Shown: positions 15,034-25,585 of the stretch, piece after piece | Numbering within the stretch: the stretch's first letter is position 1 | Layout: each line of letters begins with the position of its first letter | Assembly (NCBI GenBank): GCA_963829055.1 | Contig: CAWHHI010000006.1 | Coordinates: forward strand, 128,001-192,000 | Length of the DNA: 64,000 nt | Direction of reading: 5' to 3' | Origin: an uncultured Gemmatimonadaceae bacterium | Lineage (GTDB): Bacteria > Gemmatimonadota > Gemmatimonadetes > Gemmatimonadales > Gemmatimonadaceae | The notes under the pieces: model-generated | What the model saw: the letters and a program-made list of their open reading frames with translations, nothing else | Told to the model about the DNA's origin: nothing | Database searches by the model: none | Translations under genes and position numbers: made by a program

Positions 15034-17504
15034 GTGGAAACATGGTGGCAGGATCTCCGTCACGGCCTTCGCGTTCTGACGACGCAGCCGGCTTTCACGG
15101 CGGTCGCCGTCGCGTCACTCGCGCTCGGCATCGGCGCCAACACCGCGATCTTCAGCGTCACGAACGCGCTGCTGCTCCGTCCACTGCCGTACGAGGACGC
15201 CGATCGCATCGCCATTCTCTGGCAGCGATCGCCGGGCTTGAACGTCGCGCAGGACTGGTTCTCGATCGGCCAGTACGTGGACATCCGAACCGACAACCAC
15301 GTGTTCAGCGACGTCGCGGCGACGATCGGCGCGAGCTTCAACCTCACGGGACGCGGACTGCCGGAGCGCATCGACGGCGCGCGCGTCTCGTCCTCGCTCT
15401 TCACGCTGTTCGGTGCGAAAGCCGCGGCTGGCCGCGTCTTCTCGGCCGACGAGGACCAGCCGGGTAAGCCGCCCGTAGCGATCCTGAGCAACGGATTCTG
15501 GAAGCGACGCTTCGGCTCCGATCCAGCCGTGGTCGGGCGCACGCTCACGCTCAACGGCACTACGGTCACGATCATCGGGGTGATGGCAGCGGACTTCGTG
15601 TTCAACAAGGAGATCATGCCGGCGGTGAACGGCATCCAGAACGTGGATCTCCTGCTGCCGCTGCCGCTCAACGAGACGGCGCGCGCGAACCGCGGCGGCG
15701 AGGACTTCAACATCTTCGCCAAGCTCGAGCCCGGCGTCTCGGTCACGCAGGCGCAGGCCGACATGAACGTGCTGGCCGCCCGGATGAAGCGCGACTACCC
15801 GGCCAACTATCCGCCTAACGGCGGGCTGACGGTCAGCGTCGTCCCGCTCATCAATCAGGTCGTCGGCGACGTGCGGCTCGCGCTCTACGTGCTGCTCGGT
15901 GCGGTCGGCCTCGTGCTGCTCATCGCCTGTGGCAACGTCGCGAACCTGCTCTTGTCGCGCGCGGCCGTGCGGCAGAAGGAGATCGCGATCCGTGGCGCCG
16001 TCGGTGCGAGCCGAGAGCGCATCGTCCGTCAGCTGTTGACGGAGAGCCTGCTGCTGGCGGCGTTAGGTGGCGTGCTCGGACTCGGACTCGCCATTGTCGG
16101 CCGTCAAGGTGCTCGGCCGCTTCGGACCGGCGAACATTCCGCGACTCGGCGAGATCGGCGTCGATGGGCGTGTGCTCGCGTTCACGTTCGGGATCTCGCT
16201 CGTCACGGGCGTGGTGTTCGGCTTGATGCCAGCGCTGCGCGCATCGCGCTTCGATCTCAACGACGTGCTGCGCGAAGGCGGCCGCGGCGGTGTCGGAACG
16301 AGCGCGTTCGGACTCGGCCACAATCAGCTGCGGCAACTGCTCATCACGGGCGAGGTCGCGTTGTCGCTGGTGTTGCTCATCGGTGCCGGGCTTCTCATCC
16401 GGAGCTACGAGCGCATCACGAACGCGAATCCGGGATTCGACCCGCATAACGTCATGTCGCTTCGCGTGACGCTCCCGGGCGCGAAGTACAAGACGCCGGA
16501 GGCGATCGCCGCGTTCTACAAGCAGCTCGAGCAGCGCGTGCGCGTCACTGCCGGGCGTGCAGTATCGTCGGGCATGAACTACCTGCTGCCGCTGAGCTCT
16601 GTCGCGTTAGGCTGGGAGCCGATCAGCGTCGAAGGGTACGTCGCGAAAGCGGCCGGTGAGGATCTGATCATCGCCAGCAGCGGGTACGTGAACCCCGACT
16701 ATTTCAGAGCGATGGGCATCCCGCTGCTCAAGGGTCGGTTCTTCGACGACCGCGACGTCCGCGGCGCGCCCGACGTCACCATCGTCGACGACAAGCTCGC
16801 GGCGCGGTTCTGGCCCGGTCAGGACCCGATCGGCAAGCGTCTCCGTCGCGGCGACTCGGGACCGTGGCGCACGGTCGTGGGCGTCGTCGCGGACGCGAAG
16901 GAGTACGAGGTGGACGGCGAACCGCCGATCACCGCGTTCTACCCGGCGGACCAGCTTGGCATTCCAAGCCGGTTCCTCGTGGTCCGCACAGCGTCGGATC
17001 CGACGGGACTCGCGACGGCGGTGTCGCGTGAGGTGCGAGCGCTCGACGCCGACCTGCCGGTGTACGACGTGAACACGATGGAGCAGCGACTGCACGACTC
17101 GCTCGCGCGTCGCCGGTTCTCGATGTTCCTGCTGGGCGTGTTCGCCGCCTGCGCGTCGCTGCTCGCGGCGATCGGCATCTACGGCGTGATCACGTTCTGG
17201 GTGACGCAGCGGACGCGCGAGCTCGGCATCCGCTCGGCCCTCGGTGCACGGCAGAATGGACATCCTGCGGCTCGTGATTGGCCAGGCGGTGATCGTGGTG
17301 GGTGCCGGAATCGCCATTGGCCTCGTCGCGGCATTTGGTTTGACGCGCGTGATGGCGAGCCTGCTCTTCGGCGTGAGCGCTACGGATCCGCTGACGTTCG
17401 CGCTGCTGGGAGTTGCGTTAGGCGTCGTTGCATTGGTGGCGAGCTTCATTCCTGCTCGACGAGCGGCTACCGTCGCGCCGATCATCGCGCTCAGGCACGA
17501 TTAG
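15034..17504 (+). CDS. ADOP-type duplicated ABC permease (MacB/FtsX repeats); frameshifted
   Basis: [68 protein letters not shown]. Confidence 0.92.
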
Positions 17505-17585
17505 CGTCCGGCGACGGAAAACGGCGGAAGAGTGTCCGGCGACGGCAGGGCCAGTTCGGAGCGCCCCAGTACTCAGTACGAGGTG

Positions 17586-18026
17586 TCAGGTTTCAGGGTC
17601 ACGCCGATTACGCTGCTGTACGCGCGGACGATTTCGGATCGGGCGGCGATTTGCGGGGCTTTCGGAGTCCGGCGATGCCAGCACGGTACGACGCAATGCC
17701 CAGAGCATCTTCCGCAGCTCCACGACTTCGCGAGCGAGTGGTTCCCACCTCTCGTGGCTTATCAGGCCGCGGTCGTGGGCGAGCTGAAGCTGGTAGTCGA
17801 ACTCGGAGGCGGACTTGATGCTGATGTCGAGGTAGCGCGCGAATTCTTTCCGCGATGCGGATGCGCACCCTTCAACAATGTTGTTTGGAATGGAGTCCAG
17901 AGCGCGACGCATCTGCGCTTTGAGCTCCGCATTGCCGCGTTGCGGAATGGCGGCGATGGCAACATGCGCGTCGAGCACGAACGCGTGGGCGCGTTGCCAC
18001 ACGAGGAGGCGACGGAAATCTTGCAT
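17586..18026 (-). CDS. Four-helix-bundle protein (23S rRNA intervening-sequence protein family, Avd-like fold)
   Basis: [46 protein letters not shown] matches the family pattern. Confidence 0.9.
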   Translation of the reverse strand: MQDFRRLLVWQRAHAFVLDAHVAIAAIPQRGNAELKAQMRRALDSIPNNIVEGCASASRKEFARYLDISIKSASEFDYQLQLAHDRGLISHERWEPLAREVVELRKMLWALRRTVLASPDSESPANRRPIRNRPRVQQRNRRDPET

Positions 18027-18105
18027 GCGGTCACGCTACACGCCGTGACGTCGGGATCCGCCATCGATCGACTGCACACCGGCGCAATCAGTTGCACGCA
18101 GCAAA

Positions 18106-18256
18106 CACCCTGATGCCTGAAACCTGAACCTGAGTAACTCACTGCTGACCCACTGGCCATGCTGCCGCCGGGACGCCCGGTCACAGTGGGGCGGCGGCAG
18201 CATGGCCAGTAGGAAGTGGGTCAGCTACTCAGCTGCAGGTATCAGGCTTCAGGGTG
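18106..18256. repeat. About 150-nt hairpin with heptamer-like arms upstream of the four-helix-bundle gene
   Basis: Perfect 19-bp core ACTGGCCATGCTGCCGCCG (18152-18170) / CGGCGGCAGCATGGCCAGT (18192-18210); outer CACCCTGATGCCTGAAACCTG / CAGGTATCAGGCTTCAGGGTG; arm echoed at 17581-17599. Confidence 0.8.
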
Positions 18257-18302
18257 AACAACCTGCGCCCTCAGACGCATTCGGAGGCCACTGAGCCGGA
18301 CC

Positions 18303-21300
18303 TCAGCGCCTGGAGCGGGCCTTGATGCGGTCCACCGCCACGCGCGATTCGCGCACGTACGGCTGGAGCTCGGCGTCCGCCGTACGCCAGGCATCAGCGA
18401 CGAACGCGTAGTTCTCCATCGCCTCGCGGCTTCGGCCGAGCAGCTCGAAGACGCGTCCACGCTGGAGCGTCCACATCACATCGTCGAAGCCGTTACTGCA
18501 TCCGCTATTCCCCGGCCACCGACGCTCGAGACGCGTGCCGGCTTCGCGATAGCGCCCCGTCGCGACGAGAAGCTGGACCGTCGTGAGGCGACTGTCGTAC
18601 CAGCACTCGTGGAGCGAATCGGGCGTCGTCATGAACTGGCGCAGCGCCGCCGTCGTGTCATGCTTCGCGAGCGCGAGGTACGCACGCCCCGCGGCGACGC
18701 TGGCGCGCAGCATCGAGGCGCCCGACGAGGAACGCAGCGTCGTTGTCGCTGCGCCAAACCCGTCGATGTACTCCTGAATCGCGGTGGTATCCCCGTCCAT
18801 GGCCCACCAACGATACAGCTTGGTCATCCGGATCCGCGGCGCGAGGGCGCGGATGCGCGCGAACTCCGCGCGCGCGGTGTCGGCGGGCACCATACCGACC
18901 TGCGCCAGGTTGAACATCACTGACGGCCCGAGCCAGTGTGCCTGCGTGGACGTTAGGCGCTGGGCCTCGCGGAGGTGTCCGCGGAACTGCAGTCCATCCG
19001 TCGCGTGAGTGAGCGCGCAGCCGGGCTCCGCGACCACGCCGCCGAGGCGCTCGGGCCGGTTCGCGAGCGAGCGGGCAATGCGCACGAGCATCTCGGGCGC
19101 GTCCGGGACGTGCCTGAGCAACGTCGCCGCTTCGCACAAGCCGCTCGCGGGGAGCGTATCGACGAGCCGATCCATGTCGATCGAGAGCCCGCGCGACGGG
19201 TCGAGAAGCAGGTCCGCCAGGTGGATGACCTGCGAGTACGAGCCCGGTGGCTCCAACGCGAGATATGCGTGGATGTAGCGTCGCGCGCTCGCGGCGCCGT
19301 CGAGATACGCGGCGAGCGCGATCGGCGTGACGTACGCGGGCGCGAACGACGAGTCCATCTGGATCGCGTGATCGTAGAGCCCGAGAATCTCGCGATCGTC
19401 GATCTCGCCCTCGAGGAGGTCGCGATCATAACGCGAGCGCGCCTCCGCGAGCAGGAACAAGAGCTCCGGGTCGTGCCGGTAGCGCAGCAGGCCGTCACCG
19501 ATGGCCGCGATGAGCCTCTCGCCCACCGTCTGCTCGTCATTGTAGTTACGGCGCGTCCTGCAGTCCACGCCGCCAGGCGAAGTACGCTTCGGCCGAGAGC
19601 GAGTCGATTCTCGCGAGCAGCCGCTCGCGAGGACCAAGCCCGCTGGCGAAGCGGCTCGTGCGCCGCATGAGATCGTACGCGGCCGAGTCGGGAAAGTCGT
19701 TCGGGTCGCGCCACTGACGGATCGCCGCGAGCCGGTGGTACGCGAGCGCGAACGTGGTATCGAGCGCGATGGCGCGCTCGAACCGGACCTGCGCCGAATC
19801 CCACAACGTGGCGCGATAGAACTGCTCGCCTTGCAGGTAGGCCTTGAGCGCCGGCAAGGACGTCGTCGGCGACGACGTCGCGCGCGCGATGTCGATGCGA
19901 CGTGAGCGGCCGAGCTCACGCAGCACGGCGACGGTGAGCGAGTCCGACAGCCGGTCCATTCGCGCGGCGATGTCACGCCGCTCGATCTCCGCCAGCTTGT
20001 GGCCGGCGACCGCGTCGTACAGCACGGCCGTGGCGCGCACGGAATCGCCGGCGGCCAGCAGCCCGCCGTACAGCACGAGACGCGCGCCGGTGGCCTTGCC
20101 TAACGCGAGCGCCGAGCGGGCGTCGGCGCGCCCGCGCCAGCGCTGGAAGATGAACGACGCCGGCACCGTACGGAGAACGCCGGCGCCGTCGAGGTTCCGG
20201 GACATCACGTCCACCAACCCTTCCTTCCACAGCGCGAGCGACGGCGCTTCGACGTCGAACGGCGCGACCGCGAGGAGATCGGCGTCGAGCGGCGTCGCGT
20301 TCCGAACGGCCCAGACACCAACGAGCCCAGCCACGATGGCAGCGACTCCGGCCGCGATCAGCGCCTTCGGTTTGCCGAACAGTCGAAGCTTCCGCGGCCG
20401 CGTCGCCTCAGCCAGCGCGCGCGCCAGATCCTCACCGGTCTTGAAGCGATCGTCTCGCGATGCGCGCCATCGCGCGCGTGACGACGGCGGCCAGCTCGGG
20501 CGAGACATACTCGGCGAGCAGAGTGTCGCGCGCATCCGCCTCGTTCTTCGTCGCCTCGCTCTTCGCGCGGCCGAAGGGACGTTCGCCGGTGACCATCTCG
20601 AACAGCACGCAGCCGAGCGAGAAGATGTCGCTGCGGCCGTCGACGTCGGTCGCGTTCGACGCCTGCTCGGGGCTCATGTACGACGGCGTGCCGAGCAACG
20701 GCGTGCCGCCCGTCGGATCCTCGCCGGCGCTCGACATCGCGCGCGCGATGCCGAAGTCCGCGATGACCGCGTGCCCTTCCTGCAGCAGGATGTTGCCGGG
20801 CTTGATGTCGAGATGGATGACGCCCTGGCGATGCGCGTAGTCGAGCGCGAGCGCGATCTCGCTGCCCAGTCGGACTGCCTCGTCGGTCGCGAGCCGGTGC
20901 TCGCGGAGCAGCCGATCGCGCAGCGACTCGCCGGCGACGAACGGCGACACGAAGTAGAGGAACGACGGCTCGTCCGGTCGCTCGGAGACGACTTCACCCG
21001 AGTCGTGCAGCGGCAGCACGTGCGGATGCGACAACCGTGCGGCGATCTCGATCTCACGCAGGAATCGCTCGCGGCCGATGAGGCGCGCGACCTCGGCGTG
21101 CAGGACCTTCACCGCGACCTGGCGCCCGTGCTTCGGATCGTCGGCGAGATAGACCGTCGCCATCCCACCGCGACCGACTTCGCGTCCGAGGCGGTACCGT
21201 CCGCCGAGGAGCGTCGGCGGCTTGGCGAGCGACTCGTCGAGGAGCGGCGCGTACGCGACGGCGGCGGGCCTAACGAGAATTCCGTCTCCGAGGTCGCACG

Positions 21301-21461
21301 CCGTGAGCAGGGCGCGGATCTCCGTCAGGAGCGCCCTGTCGTCGCGGCATGCGTTCATCGAGGAAGGCTTCGCGCTCTTCCGGTTCGAGCTCGAGCGCGG
21401 CATCCAGCAGCGGCTCCAGCACGCTCCAGTGTTCGCGCGACAGGGAGCCGAGCGATTTCAA
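18303..21461 (-). CDS. Ser/Thr protein kinase associated with an ECF sigma factor (TM plus TPR-like C-terminus); frameshifted
   Basis: N-terminal REHWSVLEPLLDAALEL; RYRLGREVGRGGMATVY; VAVKVL; HLDIKPGN; DFGIA; GTPSYMSPEQ. Confidence 0.88.
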
Positions 21462-22113
21462 TGGTCGCGACGCGGCGTTCGGGTTCGTGAGCTCGGCCGA
21501 CGTTGCAGCGCCGAGCGCCTGGTACAGCAGTCCGCGCGCCTTGATCCAGTCGCGTCGGACGGTCCGCTCGGTGACGCGCAGCGCCTCGGCCGTCTCCTGT
21601 TCGGTCATGCCGCCGAAGAAGCGGCACTCGACGACGCGCGCGAGTCGCTCGTCGAGCAGCGCGAGCTGGTCGAGCGCTTCGTGGAGCTCGAGCAGCGACT
21701 CCGCCTGCGTGTCGGTGGCGATCAGGTTGTCGTCGAGCGTCACCTGACGCTGCGGACCGCCGCGCTTGTCCGCGGTGCGTCGTCTCGCGCGATCCACGAG
21801 GATGTGGCGCATCGCCACGGCGGCGACGCTCAGGAAGTGCGAGCGGTTGCGCCAGTCGGCGCGCTGCGCGCGCGAGAACTTGAGATAGAGCTCGTGGACG
21901 AGCGCCGTCGTGGACAGCGTGTCGCTCGGGCGAACCGCGAGCTCGCGGCGGGCAGCGCGTCGCAGCTCGTGATACACGAGCGGAAGGATCTGATCGAACG
22001 CTTCGCGCCGACCCCCGCGCAGATCGCGCGAGCAGCTCGGTAATGCTCGTCGGCTGCTCGTTCGTCTCCGGCAGGCGGTCGATCACGGGTTCAACATCGA
22101 GAATTGCAGACAT
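21458..22113 (-). CDS. ECF-type sigma factor of the kinase-associated class (TIGR02999-like)
   Basis: ITELL..VYHELRRAARREL..TLSTTALVHELYLK..AMRHILVDRARRR..VVECRFFGGMTEQETAEAL..TVRRDWIKAR. Confidence 0.92.
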
Positions 22114-22719
22114 AGACCAAATGCCGACTGGAGGCGGTGAGCTACGCCGAAACAGGATGCGGCTTCTGTTCGGGGAGCGCGTCTCGTCGTCGAGCCGTGT
22201 TTCGCGAATGATTGCACGTTGCTGTAAAGGCCGCAACGCTGCCGATGGTTGGGGGCACGGCTTCATCGCCGTGCGGATGGGTCTCCGCGACCTGCGGAGT
22301 GCCCGGCAGAAGGCATCCGGCCGAGCGGGCTGTCCGGAAGTAGGCATGCGTCGTGGGGCCCTACAGTCGGTAGTTCGTTAGCCGAGACATCGATCCCCGG
22401 TAAGGGATACGCATTCGGCCGACGAATCCGGACACACGTGCGACGTTGGTTGTCATTCCGAGCGAGCGACAGCCAGGTGCCCAGCGGCAGGTCGGGCAGA
22501 TGAGGAATCGTAACTCGATAGCACCAAAAGCTTTACACTGTTGCGCTGCGCAGGGTGCATTGATGGGCTCGGAACGACGTGTGTCCCCATGCACCGATTC
22601 CTCTCCCACGCGTGACGCCGCTGCACGGACTCGAACCGCGGCGGCTTGACTCGCCGCCGCTCCCTGAGCGCGCCATCTGCTCCGCGTCGACTCCTCGGAG
22701 CTTGCGAGCCTACGTCAGG

Positions 22720-22825
22720 TTGCGTGCTGCGTGTTTGGGCACGGTGCTGCTTGCACGTCGCTCGGGCCGCTGGCTGCGCGCTGCTACAAGCAGCCGCATG
22801 CAGCTTGCACGCGGCGTGCAGCGTG
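22720..22825 (+). repeat. GCTGC/TTGC-rich repeat arm (direct copy at about 24490-24620; inverted copy at about 25175-25297)
   Basis: Shared core GCTTGCACGTCGCTCGGGCCGCT; the reverse complement of about 25230-25283 aligns over roughly 50 nt. Confidence 0.75.
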
Positions 22826-24287
22826 CTACGGGTGGTCCAGTCGATCCAGCCATCTCACCGCCTGCTCCGCCACCGCGCCTAACGCGCCAGGTTCCGCGAA
22901 CGAATGACCGGCGCGCGGAACGCGGATCAGCAGGGCGCCCCGCGGCAGTGCGCCCATGGCCTCGCTGTTGCGACGGAGCGTCTCGCGGTCGGTCGCGCCG
23001 ACGATCAGGAGGACCGGCGCCGTCACGTGGCGCAACACATCCGCGGCAAGCTCGACGCGGCCTGCCCGGGCGATGACGGCGCAGATCTGGCCCGGCCTAC
23101 GCGCGGCTGCCGTGAGTGCTGCCGCGGCTGCCGTGCTCGAGCCGACGAGGACCGTTCGGTGCGCGCCATCGAGCCCGGTACGACTGGCCCACTCGCACAC
23201 GGACGTTAGGCGACCGCCGATACGCGCGACGTTGCATGGCACCGACGCACCGATTTCCGCTTCCTGCTCGGGCGCGGTCAGCAGGTCCACACGAAGCGTC
23301 GCGAAGCCACTGAGGCGTAAGCGTCCCGCGAGGTACCGATTCCGGTAACTGTGCCGACTCCCCGACGCGCCGCCGTTCGCGAGAATCACCAGACCACGCG
23401 CCTTCGCCGGATGATCCTCCTCCCCATTCCCGCCGGGGATGTGCTGCGCTCGTCCGAACTCCGCCATGAGCGCACCGCTGCATCCTGGAATGGCGACCGA
23501 CCGTTCGTTCGAGACGGACGCACCGTCAGCGCGGAGGAGACCGGGCGCGATGCGCTCGCCGACGTCGCGGAGGATATCGGAGACGACGCGTCGGCCGTTC
23601 ATGATCGCGACGCGGGTGGGGCGGCCGAGGATCGACATGACTTCTTCGTCGGTCACAGGCGCGTAGTCGTCGTACCAGGCGGCGATCGTATCGAACCGCT
23701 GGGGCGTGATCACGGCGACGAGATCGTCGACGTCGGCGCGCACTTCTGCCGCTCCGGTGAGCGACGCGACCGGAACGGCGGCGACGATGCGCCGCGGCTT
23801 GCCGCTTCGAATCGCGAACGCTGCCGCACGAAGCGTCGCTCCCGTGGCGAGTCCGTCGTCGACCAGGATCACGGTGCGCCCTTTCACGTCAGGGAGCGGG
23901 CTGCCGTTCCGGTACATTCTGCGCTCGTCGTTCGACTTCCACTCGCTCGCGCGCCGCCAGTCGATCGACGATGCGTGACGGGACACCGATGTACCACGCC
24001 ATCGCGTCCGCGACCACGCGATCAGTTCCTTCGGCAACCGCACCAAGCGCGACCTCTTCGATACCTGGCACTCCGACCTTGCGGGAGACCAGAACGTCGA
24101 GCGGCGCCTTGAGTGTGTCCGCGACCTCGCGCGCGATAGGGATGCCGCCACTCGGAAGACCGATGACGATCACGTTCGATTCCCACTTGAGCGTGCGCAG
24201 CGTTCGTGCGAGCGCCTGTCCCGCGTGAGCGCGATCGCAGAAGTGCGGACGAACGGCCGCGATGATGCCCTCAGCGCTCGTATTCAC
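22826..24287 (-). CDS. Phosphoribosyltransferase fused to an alpha/beta (dienelactone-hydrolase-like) domain; frameshifted
   Basis: FCDRAHAGQALA; GLPSGGIPIA; RKVGVPG; PRPP motif VILVDDGLATGAT; C-terminal GSRHSYRN, APVLLIVG, GHSFAEPGAL. Confidence 0.85.
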
Positions 24288-24430
24288 TTCGCTGCGAACC
24301 GATCGACGGGTCTACTAGCGGCTTCGAGCGCGGCCTGCGCCGCGGCGGCTCGGCGCTCGTCTTCGCCGTCGCACAGGAATGCGAGGCGCGAGGCTAGGAA
24401 GCGGATCATCTGTGACATGACGCATCTCAT
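24284..24430 (-). CDS. 48-aa small ORF overlapping the PRTase start (GTGA)
   Basis: Manual translation MRCVMSQMIRFLASRLAFLCDGEDERRAAAAQAALEAASRPVDRFAAK; stop overlaps the downstream GTG. Confidence 0.4.
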   Translation of the reverse strand: MRCVMSQMIRFLASRLAFLCDGEDERRAAAAQAALEAASRPVDRFAAK

Positions 24431-24702
24431 GTGAAAAAGGCGTGCTGGTCACTCAGAAACGCACTGCGCGCGGGGAAAGCGGACAGTAAACGCTGCGTGC
24501 AGCATGCTGCGTCCACCGCTGCTTGTTGCTTGCACGTCGCTCGGGCCGCTCGCCGCGTGCTGCACCAGCGGCTGGCATGCAGCTTGCGCACAGCTTGCGC
24601 AGCTTGCTGCGTGCGTCCTGCCGACACATGCGCGCATGAAAAGGCTTGTAGTCGCGATCGTCGGGTAACGGAGTGGCGACGGCTCACCGCTATCATCCGC
24701 GC

Positions 24703-25167
24703 ATGACCAACTACACTGATCCACCTGGCTTCGCTGCCTGGGAGCCGCAGGTATTGCAGTCGATTCGCACCGATCCGATCTGGCGCACGCCGGCATACCG
24801 GTATGCGCTGTGGCTTTCGGATTTGGTCGAGTTGGATGTCGCGCCGCTCTTCAAGAGCCCGGAGACGAGGGAGAAAGCCGATCAGCTGTTGCGGGCGGCG
24901 CAGTCGATCAGCGCGAATATCGCTGACGGGTACGGCCGGTCGAGTGGGGCGGAACGCGCGCGATTCTACGAGTACGCTGAGTCGAGCGCGCGAGAAGCGC
25001 GGGACTGGTACTTCAAGTTGCGGAAGTACCTAACGCCGGAGGTGGTGGAGCAACGCGATGAGCTACTGCTCCGGATCATCAAGATCCTCACGGCGGTGAT
25101 CCCGCGGGAGCGTGTTCGGCGTCACCGCCTCGCGCCACGCCGTCGCCCAGGTAATGACAGGCGATAG
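24703..25167 (+). CDS. Four-helix-bundle protein (23S IVS protein family), second divergent copy
   Basis: AYRYALWLSD..ADQLLRAAQSISANIADGYGRSSGAERARFYEYAESSAREARDWY. Confidence 0.88.
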   Translation: MTNYTDPPGFAAWEPQVLQSIRTDPIWRTPAYRYALWLSDLVELDVAPLFKSPETREKADQLLRAAQSISANIADGYGRSSGAERARFYEYAESSAREARDWYFKLRKYLTPEVVEQRDELLLRIIKILTAVIPRERVRRHRLAPRRRPGNDRR

Positions 25168-25316
25168 GCATCCGCGTGCACGCTGCAAGCAGCGCGCACG
25201 CAACTAGCAGCCGCTGGTCGCAGCACGCTGCGAGTGGCCTGAGCGACACGCAAGTAGCACCGTGCTCACACACGCTGCATGCAGCAAGAAGCTGCTCGTA
25301 CGCCTAACTTGTCCGG

Positions 25317-25505
25317 ATGCGGATCGTCATCCCCGGCGGCACCGGGCAAGTTGGTACGCTGTTGGCGCGCAGCTTCGTCGCCGATGGTCATGATGTCACC
25401 GTTCTGACCCGCCACCCGAAGCACGCAGCCTGGCGTGTCGTCCAGTGGGACGCGCGGACGATCGGCGCGTGGGTCGCCGAGCTGGATGGCGCTGACGTCG
25501 CGGCT
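25317..25505 (+). pseudogene. N-terminal fragment of an NAD-dependent epimerase (TIGR01777/YfcH-like)
   Basis: MRIVIPGGTGQVGTLLA..GHDVTVLTR..WD..ELDGADV; similarity stops after about 60 aa and the next gene follows immediately. Confidence 0.7.
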
Positions 25506-25585
25506 CTTCGAATTCGTCGGCCATCCAGCCTGCTCGCCTCCGCCTTGCAAGAGAGCAAAGCTCGAGTGAGGACGAGGAGGGAAGG

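Noticed and set aside
19844..21490. Long antisense ORFs (e.g. 548 aa here; also 13384-14760, 42757-43986, 48529-49815)
   Set aside because: Shadow frames of GC-rich genes on the opposite strand with no recognisable motifs.
22331..22434. TGTCCGGA words on both strands upstream of the kinase-associated ECF as promoters
   Set aside because: The downstream -10 regions do not agree with each other, so support is too weak.
22612..22690. tRNA-like T-arm CGCGG-TTCGAGT-CCGTG on the minus strand (22624-22640)
   Set aside because: No complete 7-bp acceptor stem, anticodon arm or CCA end can be built; at most a degenerate remnant. tRNAscan-SE or ARAGORN would settle it.
17586..25167. Diversity-generating retroelement suggested by Avd-like four-helix-bundle genes
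   Set aside because: No reverse transcriptase in the window. The only long near-identical repeat (32518/35508) has just three differences, one of them T/C, and is not a TR/VR pair.
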